NCBI GenBank assembly: GCA_047601445.1
Contig: JASGJH010000001.1
Coordinates: forward strand, 9,312,001 to 9,376,000
Origin: Myxococcales bacterium
GTDB taxonomy: Bacteria; Myxococcota_A; Polyangia; Polyangiales; DASUME01
Direction of reading: 5' to 3'
DNA: 64,000 bases
Notes under the pieces: model-generated
Database searches by the model: none
What the model saw: only the letters and a program-made list of their open reading frames with translations
What the model was told of the DNA's origin: nothing
Position numbers and translations under genes: made by a program
Shown here: one piece after another, positions 41,637-50,541 of the stretch
Position numbering within the stretch: position 1 is the first letter of the stretch
How the letters are laid out: every line of letters starts with the position of its first letter

Positions 41637-42308
41637 TCACGGCTCGAGCGTTACGGTAAAGTCGGAAGGGCAGGTGATCCCCACACTGGGAACCAACACC
41701 ATTTTTCCTGTGATGGCCTGCGGAGGTCCCGCCATGTGCATCCCTGTGACCATGCCCGTGATCGTGTTCTTGGGGCCTGGCCACGGGCTCGGCTCGCCGA
41801 CCTCACCATCGGTTACTTCCGCCTTGAACTGCCCGCTGCTGCAGTCCAGGCCTCCGCTCAAGTGCGCCGTGAAAACGAGCGGGCCGTACATGCCTTTCAA
41901 CTCGGCGCTGGCGTCGCTGATCACCAGGTCGGCACAGAATTCCAGACCCACGCAGGTTCCCTCGGCCTCGGTCGCGCCGTCCTTGAGCACGAGGTCGAAG
42001 GCCAGCGGTCCTTCGCCGAACGCACCCAGCATGCTGCAGTTGTACGAGCCCTCGTAGTGGCCCGGAGCGCACTTCGGGTTCGGAGCGCGGGTACTCGCAT
42101 CCGGGTAGGACTCGTGGACCTGATCGTCGTCATCGTCGGGATCGAGATCACCAGCCTCGGCCTCGCCGGCGTCCTCGTTGCCGTAGCCGGGTCGATCACC
42201 CTCGTTGTCTGCGCTCTTGGGTGGAACCGTCGAACATGCACAAGCCAGAGCCCAGACGGCGGACCAGAACAACATGGTTGAGACACGATGCATGGGGATC
42301 GACCTCAT
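41637..42308 (-). CDS. Lipoprotein, uncharacterised family type B (copy 2)
   Basis: Lipobox ACAC; CAPGHYEGSYNC, LAFDLV, CVGLEFCADLV, GGLDCSSGQFKAEVTDG; ATGA overlap with upstream gene. Confidence 0.8.
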   Translation of the reverse strand: MRSIPMHRVSTMLFWSAVWALACACSTVPPKSADNEGDRPGYGNEDAGEAEAGDLDPDDDDDQVHESYPDASTRAPNPKCAPGHYEGSYNCSMLGAFGEGPLAFDLVLKDGATEAEGTCVGLEFCADLVISDASAELKGMYGPLVFTAHLSGGLDCSSGQFKAEVTDGEVGEPSPWPGPKNTITGMVTGMHMAGPPQAITGKMVLVPSVGITCPSDFTVTLEP

Positions 42309-43132
42309 GTGGGGTTCGGAATGGGTTGCGGGGTCAGGTCGCTCGGGAAGGGCAGGTCGAAGCACGCCTGCGGTGTCGACGGGGCGGTCGCTTCCTCCGA
42401 CAGTGCGCCGGTGAAGGATCCCTGCCCGCCAAAGCCTGTCCCCTTCTCGCGCAGGTCCCATTTGCCATCGACAAACGACCTGGTCTTTGGATCGTAGCGA
42501 CCCGTCATCTTGCCTTTGGCGAAGTAGCGCGCCCAACCGCCGAAGGAATCCCAGTTCGAAGCGAGATACTCGAGACGCACCTCGAAATCGATGACCCCGG
42601 TCGTGCAGTCGACGGTTCCCAGCATCTCCAGCGTGTTGCCATAGGCGGTGTCGTCTTTTCCTCCCCACTTTTCCTCCCCAGGCGGTGGAGGGACGCAGGC
42701 TCCCTTGACCGAATAGAATTCGCCGTCGCCGTCGCGTACGAGCTCGAACGTCCACTCCGCGTCGATCGAACCAGTCATCCCGGGGGTTAACCCCCAGAGG
42801 CTCGAAGCCGAGGAACGATAGCTGCCCGTGGTTCTCCCTTTGTAGACCCCTGCGACGCAGAGGGCCTCGTCGCGCACCGCCGCTTCGCAGTCCTCACAAT
42901 CGCCAAACTCACCTGAGCTGCATGTGCGCTTTCCGTACTCGGTGTCCGAGCAGCTGCACACCTCCTGCTCGCCATCGATGCACTCGGCGTTGCCGCTGTC
43001 ATCGCTCGCGGCGTCCTCGTCTTGGTCGGGGGCTCCGGCGTCAGGTGGGTCTGAGGGCACTCCGTGACTCTCGGGTGAATCGCCGCATCCCGTCAGAATG
43101 CACAAGAGCAAGGGTATGGATAAGCGCTGCAT
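42305..43132 (-). CDS. Lipoprotein, uncharacterised family type A (copy 2)
   Basis: MQRLSIPLLLCILTGC; small Cys-rich module; CVAGVYKG, DGEFY, VDCTTG, YDPKTRSFV. Confidence 0.8.
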   Translation of the reverse strand: MQRLSIPLLLCILTGCGDSPESHGVPSDPPDAGAPDQDEDAASDDSGNAECIDGEQEVCSCSDTEYGKRTCSSGEFGDCEDCEAAVRDEALCVAGVYKGRTTGSYRSSASSLWGLTPGMTGSIDAEWTFELVRDGDGEFYSVKGACVPPPPGEEKWGGKDDTAYGNTLEMLGTVDCTTGVIDFEVRLEYLASNWDSFGGWARYFAKGKMTGRYDPKTRSFVDGKWDLREKGTGFGGQGSFTGALSEEATAPSTPQACFDLPFPSDLTPQPIPNPT

Positions 43133-43213
43133 CTGGGCCTCGCGTGTCGGCGGCCTAATTGCCAAGTATCTCTTGGTCGCACATGGGCCTCGATGAAGTC
43201 CATGCGCGGCCCG

Positions 43214-43248
43214 CCGGCTCGCACCGGCGATGAACCAGTTCGCACCAG
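43214..43248. promoter_or_regulatory. LytTR-type direct repeat (21-bp period)
   Basis: CCGGCTCGCACCGG (43214-27) and CCAGTTCGCACCAG (43235-48), 11/14 identical, between the divergent genes. Confidence 0.55.
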
Positions 43249-43286
43249 TTTGTGTTCGGCACCGCGCGCCGAGAGGTGTAGATCCA

Positions 43287-45134
43287 ATGGCAATGTCGCA
43301 TTGGACCTGGCCGCGGATTCGCGCTCGCACGGCTTGGCTCAGCTGGCTGTCGCTGATGGCCTTTGCTCAGCTGGCGAGCGTGGCCCTGGACGCGGGGTTG
43401 AACGACGAGGCGCCGTCCTACCTCTGGCTGATGTTCTCGGCAGGCGCGACTGGGGCGTGGGCGGCGTTGCCCATCGTTCTGACGACCGTCCTAAACGCAC
43501 CCGACCGCCGTCGCGCTGGGTGGGGACGCTACCTGGGCTTTCACGCGCTGGGTTGGGTGCCTTTCGCCGTCGTGAGCACGGCGTTGCCTGAGCTATTGCT
43601 CTACGCAGCTGTGGTGCTGTTGGACGCTCCTCTGAAGATGAGTCCTCTGTCCGTGACGGCGGGCGCGGCGTTGCAGAGCAACGTACCCCTCTATGCCAGT
43701 CTCGTGACGTTGCTGACCACCTACGAAGAGTGGTCGCACAACCGCGTCCTCGAACTCGAGTCCGCCCGCCTGCAACGCGAGATCGCCCAGGCAGAGCTCG
43801 AGGTGGTGCGCTCGCGACTCGATCCGGAACGGGCCTACGCTGCCCTGGTGGCGGCGCGCGATTGCCTCCCCGCTCATCCCGATCGCTGCGAGCTGCACAT
43901 TCAGGAGCTCGGCGATGCATTGCGGATCTCGCTCTCGGATGCACGTCCCGACGAATCGACCCTCCCTGTAATTGCGTCACCGGCAAGGCCGCACGTGCCC
44001 GCGACTCCGGGGGCCGAGCGACCTCCGCTTCACGAGCCAGCGACACCGCAGCCTCCGCAACAGACCACGCTACGACTCGCTTGGCTCGCGATCGGTTGGC
44101 TGGTCGCGATGCTAATCGCAGCGGGCTCGCACGTCGCCTACCCTCAATTCGGCAAGCTCCACTATGTCGCAGCCACTGGGCGTGCCGTGGGCGCCTGGCT
44201 GGCGCTTCCGATCATCTCCAGGGCGGTCGCGTGGGCAGGTACGCCGCGCTTGCGCTCTGGCCGGTTCGTCGCTCGATACCTCATGGGGTTCGTTGGCTTC
44301 GCGCTGGTGTGGGCGCTCGTGGCTCCGCTCGTTCGCGAGGCCCTCGCATGGTTGACGGGGATCTCGTTGCCGCCTTCGAGCCTCGTCGGTAGCTTCCTGA
44401 CCGAGCTCCAGCTCGTTGGGACCGTGCATCTTGCGCTGGCGGCGGGCTTCATGGCTGCGTCGGCCGGGCGGCTGCGACGTGAGACCGAGCTGCGGGCCGA
44501 GATGCTTCGCCGGGCGCTCGCGGAAAGCCAGCTGGGTGTCCTGGACGCGCACCTCGACCCCCACTTCTTGTTCAACGCCTTGAACACCCTTGGCGAGATG
44601 GCCTACGAGGATCCGCAGCGCGCGCGGATTTTGATCGACGCCTTGCGTGCACTTCTGCGCGACGCGCTCGCCTACGACGGACCACAGTGGACGGTCGCTC
44701 AGGAGGAGCTGCGTACACAGCAATTTGCCGACTTCGTCGTGGCGCGATTCGATGAGCGCGTGCGTGTGCTCTGGGCCGTGCCTTCCGAACTCGCACAGAT
44801 CTCGATCCCACGTCTGAGTCTGCAGTCGCTGGTGGAGAACGCAGTCAAGCACAACCAACACCGGCTCGAACCCTTGACGATTCGCGTCGAGGGGCAGCGC
44901 GAGGGGAGTCATGCGCGCTTTCGTGTGAGTGATGATGGCGACGGGCTTCGTGCACCAGTCGAGTCAAAAGCGCGCAATCGCTCGCACGGTCCAACGCAGC
45001 GCCGCGGTGGACTATCGCGGCTGGTCGAGATGCTCTGGTTGCTGCACGGCGAAGAAGCGAGTCTCGAGGTGTCTGCAGCGCACGCCCAGGGCATGCTGGT
45101 GGAGCTGCGCGTACCTCTCGGGAGGCAAGTGTGA
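43287..45134 (+). CDS. LytS-family kinase with duplicated TM sensor and a degenerate first DHp
   Basis: Module 1: TMs + RSRLDPERAYAAL (no His); module 2: TMs + DAHLDPHFLFNALN + LVENAVKH + DDGDG. GAGAGG RBS before ATG 43287. Confidence 0.88.
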   Translation: MAMSHWTWPRIRARTAWLSWLSLMAFAQLASVALDAGLNDEAPSYLWLMFSAGATGAWAALPIVLTTVLNAPDRRRAGWGRYLGFHALGWVPFAVVSTALPELLLYAAVVLLDAPLKMSPLSVTAGAALQSNVPLYASLVTLLTTYEEWSHNRVLELESARLQREIAQAELEVVRSRLDPERAYAALVAARDCLPAHPDRCELHIQELGDALRISLSDARPDESTLPVIASPARPHVPATPGAERPPLHEPATPQPPQQTTLRLAWLAIGWLVAMLIAAGSHVAYPQFGKLHYVAATGRAVGAWLALPIISRAVAWAGTPRLRSGRFVARYLMGFVGFALVWALVAPLVREALAWLTGISLPPSSLVGSFLTELQLVGTVHLALAAGFMAASAGRLRRETELRAEMLRRALAESQLGVLDAHLDPHFLFNALNTLGEMAYEDPQRARILIDALRALLRDALAYDGPQWTVAQEELRTQQFADFVVARFDERVRVLWAVPSELAQISIPRLSLQSLVENAVKHNQHRLEPLTIRVEGQREGSHARFRVSDDGDGLRAPVESKARNRSHGPTQRRGGLSRLVEMLWLLHGEEASLEVSAAHAQGMLVELRVPLGRQV

Positions 45135-45901
45135 CACTTCGTGTATTGATCGTGGACGACGAACGCCTCGCGCGGGTCAAGGTCGCGCGCTTCCTGGAGA
45201 GCGACGATAGGTTCCGCGTGGTGGGTGAAGCGTGCAACGGGGTGCAGGCGCTTGAACGGATCGAGGAACTCGAGCCCGATCTGGTGGTGCTGGACATCCA
45301 GATGCCCGGCCTCGACGGCTTCGAGGTGCTGGATGCATTCGGAGGGGAGGCGCCATTCACCGTGATCTTCTCGACTGCCTACGATCGCTACGCGCTGGAC
45401 GCCTTCAACGCCCACGCCGTGGACTACCTGCTCAAGCCGTACGACCGGGAGCGGTTCAACCGCGCGCTACAGAAGGCCTTTGACCAGCGTACGGTCGCGG
45501 TTCGTCGGCACGCCGCCTTGGTTGAGGGCGCCCTCGGCGAGACCCGCTCCAAGCTCGTCGTCAAGGAGGTCGAGGGCCCGTGGCACGCCCTGCACTTGTC
45601 GCGGGTTCACCGGCTCTCGGCCGCGAACAAGTACGCGCGCGTGGTGGTGGACGGCCGCGAGATTCTCGTGCGTAGGCCGCTCAGCGAGCTTGCCAAGCTG
45701 CTCGACGACCGCTTCGTGCGTGTGCAACGAGGGGAAGTCGTGCGCATCGGGGCGGTGGTGCGGCTCGAACCACGAGGACACGGTGACGCCACGCTGCACT
45801 TGGTCGATGGTAGCCGGGTGTCGCTTTCCCGGACCTTTCGTCAAGGATTCGAGGCGCTTTGGAGGTCTGAAGACAAGCAGGGCCTGGCAGTCAAGCCATG
45901 A
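45131..45901 (+). CDS. LytTR family response regulator
   Basis: IVDDE, DIQMPG.DGF, STAYD.YA..AF...AVDYLLKP, FVRVQRG.VV; GTGA overlap. Confidence 0.95.
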   Translation: MTLRVLIVDDERLARVKVARFLESDDRFRVVGEACNGVQALERIEELEPDLVVLDIQMPGLDGFEVLDAFGGEAPFTVIFSTAYDRYALDAFNAHAVDYLLKPYDRERFNRALQKAFDQRTVAVRRHAALVEGALGETRSKLVVKEVEGPWHALHLSRVHRLSAANKYARVVVDGREILVRRPLSELAKLLDDRFVRVQRGEVVRIGAVVRLEPRGHGDATLHLVDGSRVSLSRTFRQGFEALWRSEDKQGLAVKP

Positions 45902-46024
45902 GGGGAGCGAGTGCTACCCGGAACCCTGCCCGGCGTGAGCGCCTGGTGATCGCCACCAACGGGGTCTACGCGCCGCCTTCGAGCTTCGTGATGGAGAAGG
46001 GGTACACGCCGTACTGACGCGCGG

Positions 46025-46591
46025 CTACTTGCTCTGCGCGCGCAGGGTCTTGAGCGCGCCGCCCCAGGCCAACACCTGGTCGAGCACCACGTTCACTTCC
46101 TGCTCGTGACGCGGGCTGGGGTTGAACTTGGAGAAGTGCTCGAAGTCCGTGTACACCGAGAGCATCACCTGGGCGCGTACGTCGGCCACCATCAGCTCGC
46201 CCATCACCAGGCGCAAGGACTCCACGGCACGCGCGCCGCCGGCGCTTCCGTAGCTCACGAACCCCGCGGCCTTGTTGTTCCACTCGGCGTACAGATAGTC
46301 GATGGCGTTCTTGAGCGCCGCCGACACGCCGTGGTTGTACTCGGGTGTGACGAACACGAACGCATCCAGGGAGCTGATCTTCGCCGCCCACGCCTTGGTG
46401 TGGGGCTTCGAGTACTGAGCCATCATTGGCGGCACCGGCTCGTCGAGCAGCGGCAAGTTGAAGGACGCGATGTCCACCAGCTCGTACTCGGCGTCCGTAC
46501 GCTTCTTGGCGATGTTGTGGACCCATTCGGCGACCGCGATGTTGTTGCGCCCAGGACGCGTGCTCCCGGTCAAAACCCCGACTCTCAGCAT
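46025..46591 (-). CDS. NAD(P)H-dependent FMN reductase
   Basis: GSTRPGR, VTPEYNHG..AALKNAID, SYG..GGARA. Confidence 0.95.
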   Translation of the reverse strand: MLRVGVLTGSTRPGRNNIAVAEWVHNIAKKRTDAEYELVDIASFNLPLLDEPVPPMMAQYSKPHTKAWAAKISSLDAFVFVTPEYNHGVSAALKNAIDYLYAEWNNKAAGFVSYGSAGGARAVESLRLVMGELMVADVRAQVMLSVYTDFEHFSKFNPSPRHEQEVNVVLDQVLAWGGALKTLRAQSK

Positions 46592-46782
46592 CGTTTCTCT
46601 TCCTCCAGCTTTGGTCCCGGGAGAGGGTAACCTGCGGCGTTCCGTGTTCGCTATGGTGAGCTTCGTTCAGGTGTGCGCAACGCGTTCACGCGCGCGCGCC
46701 CGTGGGCGTGCGTTGGGCAGCTCGCTGTTGACAATGCCGGGTTCGAATCCTCACAATGAGCCCCAATCGAGGTTCCAGTAAG

Positions 46783-47205
46783 ATGACCATGGCAATTAGT
46801 CGCCTGGGACGAGTGATGGTGGCCGTTCACGACGCCGCCCCTCCCACCGACGATGAATGGGCTCGCTGGGTAGCGCTGGTTGGTGAACCGAGCTCCCCCG
46901 AATTGCGTCTATTGGTTGAGACCACTGGCCAAGGTGGGCCGAATGCCAAGCAACGCAAGTTGCTCGCCGAGGCCACCCATGGGCTGGACGTGCGCTGTGC
47001 CATCCTCTCGGACTCCTTGGCAGTGCGCGGTGTTATCACGGCGCTCGCTTGGCTCGGGCTCGCCCAACGCGCCTTCGTGCCGGGCGATCATCGCGGCGCC
47101 GTCGACTACCTCGGCCTTTCCCCGAAGGAGTACGCCGAGCTCCTCGAGTGCTTGCCCAAGCTCCGCCGAATGTGTGGGTTCATGGAGCAGCGCGCGGCCC
47201 GCTGA
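46783..47205 (+). CDS. Small STAS/SEC14-like protein (myxobacterial family)
   Basis: PPTDDEW, GGPNAKQR, S..VRG.ITAL.W pattern. Alternative start 46756. Confidence 0.65.
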   Translation: MTMAISRLGRVMVAVHDAAPPTDDEWARWVALVGEPSSPELRLLVETTGQGGPNAKQRKLLAEATHGLDVRCAILSDSLAVRGVITALAWLGLAQRAFVPGDHRGAVDYLGLSPKEYAELLECLPKLRRMCGFMEQRAAR

Positions 47206-47253
47206 GCGCGAATGTGGGCGGGGTGTCTGCCCTGCCAGCGCGGCGAGAATGAT

Positions 47254-49233
47254 CTAGCGTGTCGACTCGCCGAGCGCGTCGGCGATGGCCGCGATCAGCT
47301 CCTCGGCCGTGAAGGGCTTACGCAGGACGGGATGTCCCAGCCCCGCGTGCACGGCTTCCTCGCTGTAGCCAGTGATGAACAGCACGCGCGGCTTCGAACC
47401 GTTGCCCGCCATGCGTGCTACCAACTCCGGCCCTCGCATGTGCGCCATGACGACGTCACAGATCACGAGGTCCAGCGCCGCTCCGCGTTCGCTCCAGACT
47501 TGCAGAGCGTCGTCGGGGCGACTGGCCACTCGCACCGTATGGCCGCGCCGCTCGAGGATGTGTCGGGTCACCTCGCCGATGCGACTCTCATCGTCGACCA
47601 CGAGGAGCTCGAGCGGACGCAGGCTGCGCCCGCGCGGCCGAGTGAGCGCGCGCTGACCCTCCGTGTGCGCATTGTTGGCCTCGGCTGCCGGCAGCACGAT
47701 GGTGAAGATGGTCCCACCCCCTGGGCGAGCGTCCACGCGCACCGTGCCGCCGTGTTGCTCCGCGGTTCCGAGCACAGTCGCAAGCCCCAGTCCCGTGCCG
47801 CCCACCTGCTTTCGCGTGGTGAAGAAGGGCTCGAAGATATGGGGACGCACCGCCTCGTCGATGCCGGGCCCCTGATCGCTGACGGAGAACTCCACGCGCA
47901 GCGCGCCTTCCGCGACGCGTGCTCGGGTCCCGAGCTGCACCACCCCGCCTCCCGGCATCGCGTCGCGGGCGTTGACCACGAGGTTGACCAACGCGCGCTC
48001 GAACTCGAGGGGATCGACTCGCACTTCCGGCAAATCGGGCGCCAGGTCGATCTCGAGTCGCACCTCGTCGCCCACCAAGCGTTGCATCAACGTGATGGTG
48101 GAGCGCACGAGAGCGTTCGGCGCCACTTGCTTGAGCGATAGCTGTGCCTTGCGACCGAAGGCCAACAACCGATGTGTGAGGCTCGCCGCAGAGCTGAGCG
48201 CCTGCAGCGAGTTCTCGACCTCCGAGCTAGCGCCGATGCGGTCACTCAGTAGGTCGAGGTTGGCGATGATCACGGTCAGCAGGTTGTTGAAGTCATGGGC
48301 GATGCCTCCCGCCAGTCTGCCCACGGCCTCCATCTTCTGCGCGTGGGCGAGCTCTTCGCGCATGCGCACCTGGTCGGTCACGTCGAGCATGGTGCCGCGT
48401 ACCTCGCGCGTGCCGTCGAGACCCACCGCCGGAAAGCCCGTCAAGCGCACGTGGCGAATCTGCCCGTCGGGTCGCTGCAGTCGTCCATCGATTTCGCCGC
48501 CCTGCAAGTCGTCGAGGGCCTGTTCGTAGCGCGCCTGAAAGGCTGGCCTGTCCTCGGCCACCACGCGCTCGAGGAACAGCTCGGGCCGGGCCTCCACGTC
48601 TGGATCGATGCCCGCGATGCGACGAAACTCGCGCGACCACTCGATCTCTCCGTGGCTCGGATTCATACGCCAGCTGCCGAGCTGAGCAAACTGCTGGGCC
48701 TCTTCCAGCAGGGCAAGCGTGCGCAACAACTTGGCTTCGGTCTCGAGACTCTCGGTGCGGTCGAGCACGCCGCCGACCACCCTTCGCACGGTTCCCGCGG
48801 CGTCGTAGAGCATCGCGGTGGACGAGCGAGTATGGCGAATCGAGCCATCGGGCCGCACGACGCGGCAATCGTTGGGCGGCACCACGCCATCGCGTGCTTG
48901 ACGCTCGGCCGCCTGGGCGCTCGCGCGGTCCTCGGGATGCACCGAGGCCATGAAGGTCTCCACCGAGGGCGTGACGCTGCCCGGCTCGAGCCCGAGGATC
49001 CGATACAGCTCGTCGGACCAGGTGACGCGGCCACTGGCGACGTCCCAGGTCCATGTGCCCAGGTGCGCCACACTCTCGGCATCGCGCAAGAGCTCTTCAC
49101 GTTCGGCCAGCGAGACGCCGTCGGTGTCTTCGTGTCGGGCCGCCGCCCGCTGCAGCTCCGCCACCTTGAGGCGCAGCCCCACGACCTCTTGCTGCAGAGC
49201 GCGGAAATGCTCGCCCCTCGCTCCATCCCCCAT
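47254..49233 (-). CDS. Hybrid sensor kinase (PAS-PAS-HisKA-HATPase-REC), CckA-like
   Basis: Two PAS_3 (G.W.W, WS.E), QKMEAVGRLAGGIAHDFNNLL, NARDAM, FEPFFTT, GTGLGL, REC. Confidence 0.95.
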   Translation of the reverse strand: MGDGARGEHFRALQQEVVGLRLKVAELQRAAARHEDTDGVSLAEREELLRDAESVAHLGTWTWDVASGRVTWSDELYRILGLEPGSVTPSVETFMASVHPEDRASAQAAERQARDGVVPPNDCRVVRPDGSIRHTRSSTAMLYDAAGTVRRVVGGVLDRTESLETEAKLLRTLALLEEAQQFAQLGSWRMNPSHGEIEWSREFRRIAGIDPDVEARPELFLERVVAEDRPAFQARYEQALDDLQGGEIDGRLQRPDGQIRHVRLTGFPAVGLDGTREVRGTMLDVTDQVRMREELAHAQKMEAVGRLAGGIAHDFNNLLTVIIANLDLLSDRIGASSEVENSLQALSSAASLTHRLLAFGRKAQLSLKQVAPNALVRSTITLMQRLVGDEVRLEIDLAPDLPEVRVDPLEFERALVNLVVNARDAMPGGGVVQLGTRARVAEGALRVEFSVSDQGPGIDEAVRPHIFEPFFTTRKQVGGTGLGLATVLGTAEQHGGTVRVDARPGGGTIFTIVLPAAEANNAHTEGQRALTRPRGRSLRPLELLVVDDESRIGEVTRHILERRGHTVRVASRPDDALQVWSERGAALDLVICDVVMAHMRGPELVARMAGNGSKPRVLFITGYSEEAVHAGLGHPVLRKPFTAEELIAAIADALGESTR

Positions 49234-49273
49234 TTCAGGAGCCTAACACAAAGGTGCTCGGCCCTGCCTCGAC

Positions 49274-49936
49274 TCAGTCGGCGGGTCGATAGAGCATGAG
49301 CCCCGCGTAGCTGCACACCAGGGCAGTCGACTCGTCTGCCGACGAGCCCGCAGGCAACCAAACGCGACCGTTGCCCGTGACGTCCACCGCGCCGAGCGCA
49401 CCGCCAGGGCTCTTGAACTGATAGCCGAGCGCGGCCTTCACCGGACCGCCGCTCTGGGGCTGATGCAGCACCGTCAACGCGTAGGCGTTTCCGATGATCT
49501 GCGCGCGTCCCGTGCCGTTCGTGATGGTCACGTCCGCCCGCGGTGTGTTGTCTTCCGCACACCAGCAGTGGAAGCTCGAGGTCACCTTGGCGAAGCCTGC
49601 CTTGCCCCTGGATTCGTACTCTGCCGTGCATTCTCCGTGCAGGGCATGGGCCGCTGCCTTGAGCTCGAAGCGATAAGCGCTCTTGCGCGCGAGGCGCTGG
49701 AAGCCGCCTGCGTTCTGCTGCGAGCTCTGGTCGAAGTCACGATCGATTCCAGTGACCAGATAGTCGCCGACGTGAATATCCTTCTCCCGGAAGCTCGTGC
49801 GGAAGCCGGACGAGTAGCCTTGCACGGGGAGCTCGCGCGCATCCTTGACGGCGATCGGGGCCCTGAGCACGTGCTTCGTGCAGCCGCCGCCGAGCAGGGC
49901 GAGCGACAATGCGGTGGGGGCGATCCAGGGCTTCAT
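49274..49936 (-). CDS. Hypothetical lipoprotein
   Basis: MKPWIAPTALSLALLGGGC lipobox; beta-rich mature region. Confidence 0.7.
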   Translation of the reverse strand: MKPWIAPTALSLALLGGGCTKHVLRAPIAVKDARELPVQGYSSGFRTSFREKDIHVGDYLVTGIDRDFDQSSQQNAGGFQRLARKSAYRFELKAAAHALHGECTAEYESRGKAGFAKVTSSFHCWCAEDNTPRADVTITNGTGRAQIIGNAYALTVLHQPQSGGPVKAALGYQFKSPGGALGAVDVTGNGRVWLPAGSSADESTALVCSYAGLMLYRPAD

Positions 49937-50080
49937 GGGCGTACTTCTCCTCGCACAGCGGCCGCACGGACGACACCCGCGCGACGCCCCAAGCATGCGT
50001 CGAGCCCGTGAAAATGCATCCGTTCGTGCGCGCTCGGGCGGGGAAGAGGGCCGCTCGCGCAGCACGCGCCTGGCGCGGGC

Positions 50081-50443
50081 CTAGCGGCGGTGCCCGCGGC
50101 CCGGACTCGGCGAGGTCACCAGAATGGCCCACAGCAGGGCCACGGCGCCCACCGCGGCGCCGATGATGGGGAAGGGGATTGCCACCAACAGCCCCGCAGC
50201 CACCGCCTTTTGCCAGACGGCTCCGGGCGCATCGGGGTTGCGCGTGTGCTCCGTCCAACCCACGAAGGCGGCGCACGCGGAGCTTCCGATCAGCGTGGTC
50301 AGGAGCATCGAGCGCGCACCCAGCAACCAGTTCGCCCCATACATCAGCCAGTCGATCACGAGCATGCTCAACGCGCTTGCGGCGTGCAGGGGCGCCAGGG
50401 GGGCGGACTTGTGGGGCTCATCGTGATGGATGGGGGCGTTCAT
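50081..50443 (-). CDS. Small membrane protein
   Basis: GGAG RBS; 3-4 TM; AGLLVAIPFPIIG motif. Confidence 0.65.
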   Translation of the reverse strand: MNAPIHHDEPHKSAPLAPLHAASALSMLVIDWLMYGANWLLGARSMLLTTLIGSSACAAFVGWTEHTRNPDAPGAVWQKAVAAGLLVAIPFPIIGAAVGAVALLWAILVTSPSPGRGHRR

Positions 50444-50489
50444 GGAGTACTCCAAAAGCCGGCGTCTCCGCGGCGATGGAAGAATCAGG

Positions 50490-50506
50490 TGCAGGTTCTG
50501 CACCAA
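50490..50506 (-). promoter_or_regulatory. Possible sigma54 promoter overlapping a palindrome
   Basis: Minus strand TTGGTGCAGAACCTGCA (GG-N10-GC); also GGTGCAG-AAC-CTGCACC inverted repeat, so could instead be a hairpin. Confidence 0.35.
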
Positions 50507-50541
50507 CGCTCGAAAGCGCCCGCATGAGCCCAGGCCCGCGA

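Noticed and set aside
43148..43166. TTGGCAATTAGGCCGC upstream of lipoprotein A2 as a sigma54 promoter
   Set aside because: Spacing fits but the -12 element (CCGC) is poor, and LytTR regulators do not act through sigma54.
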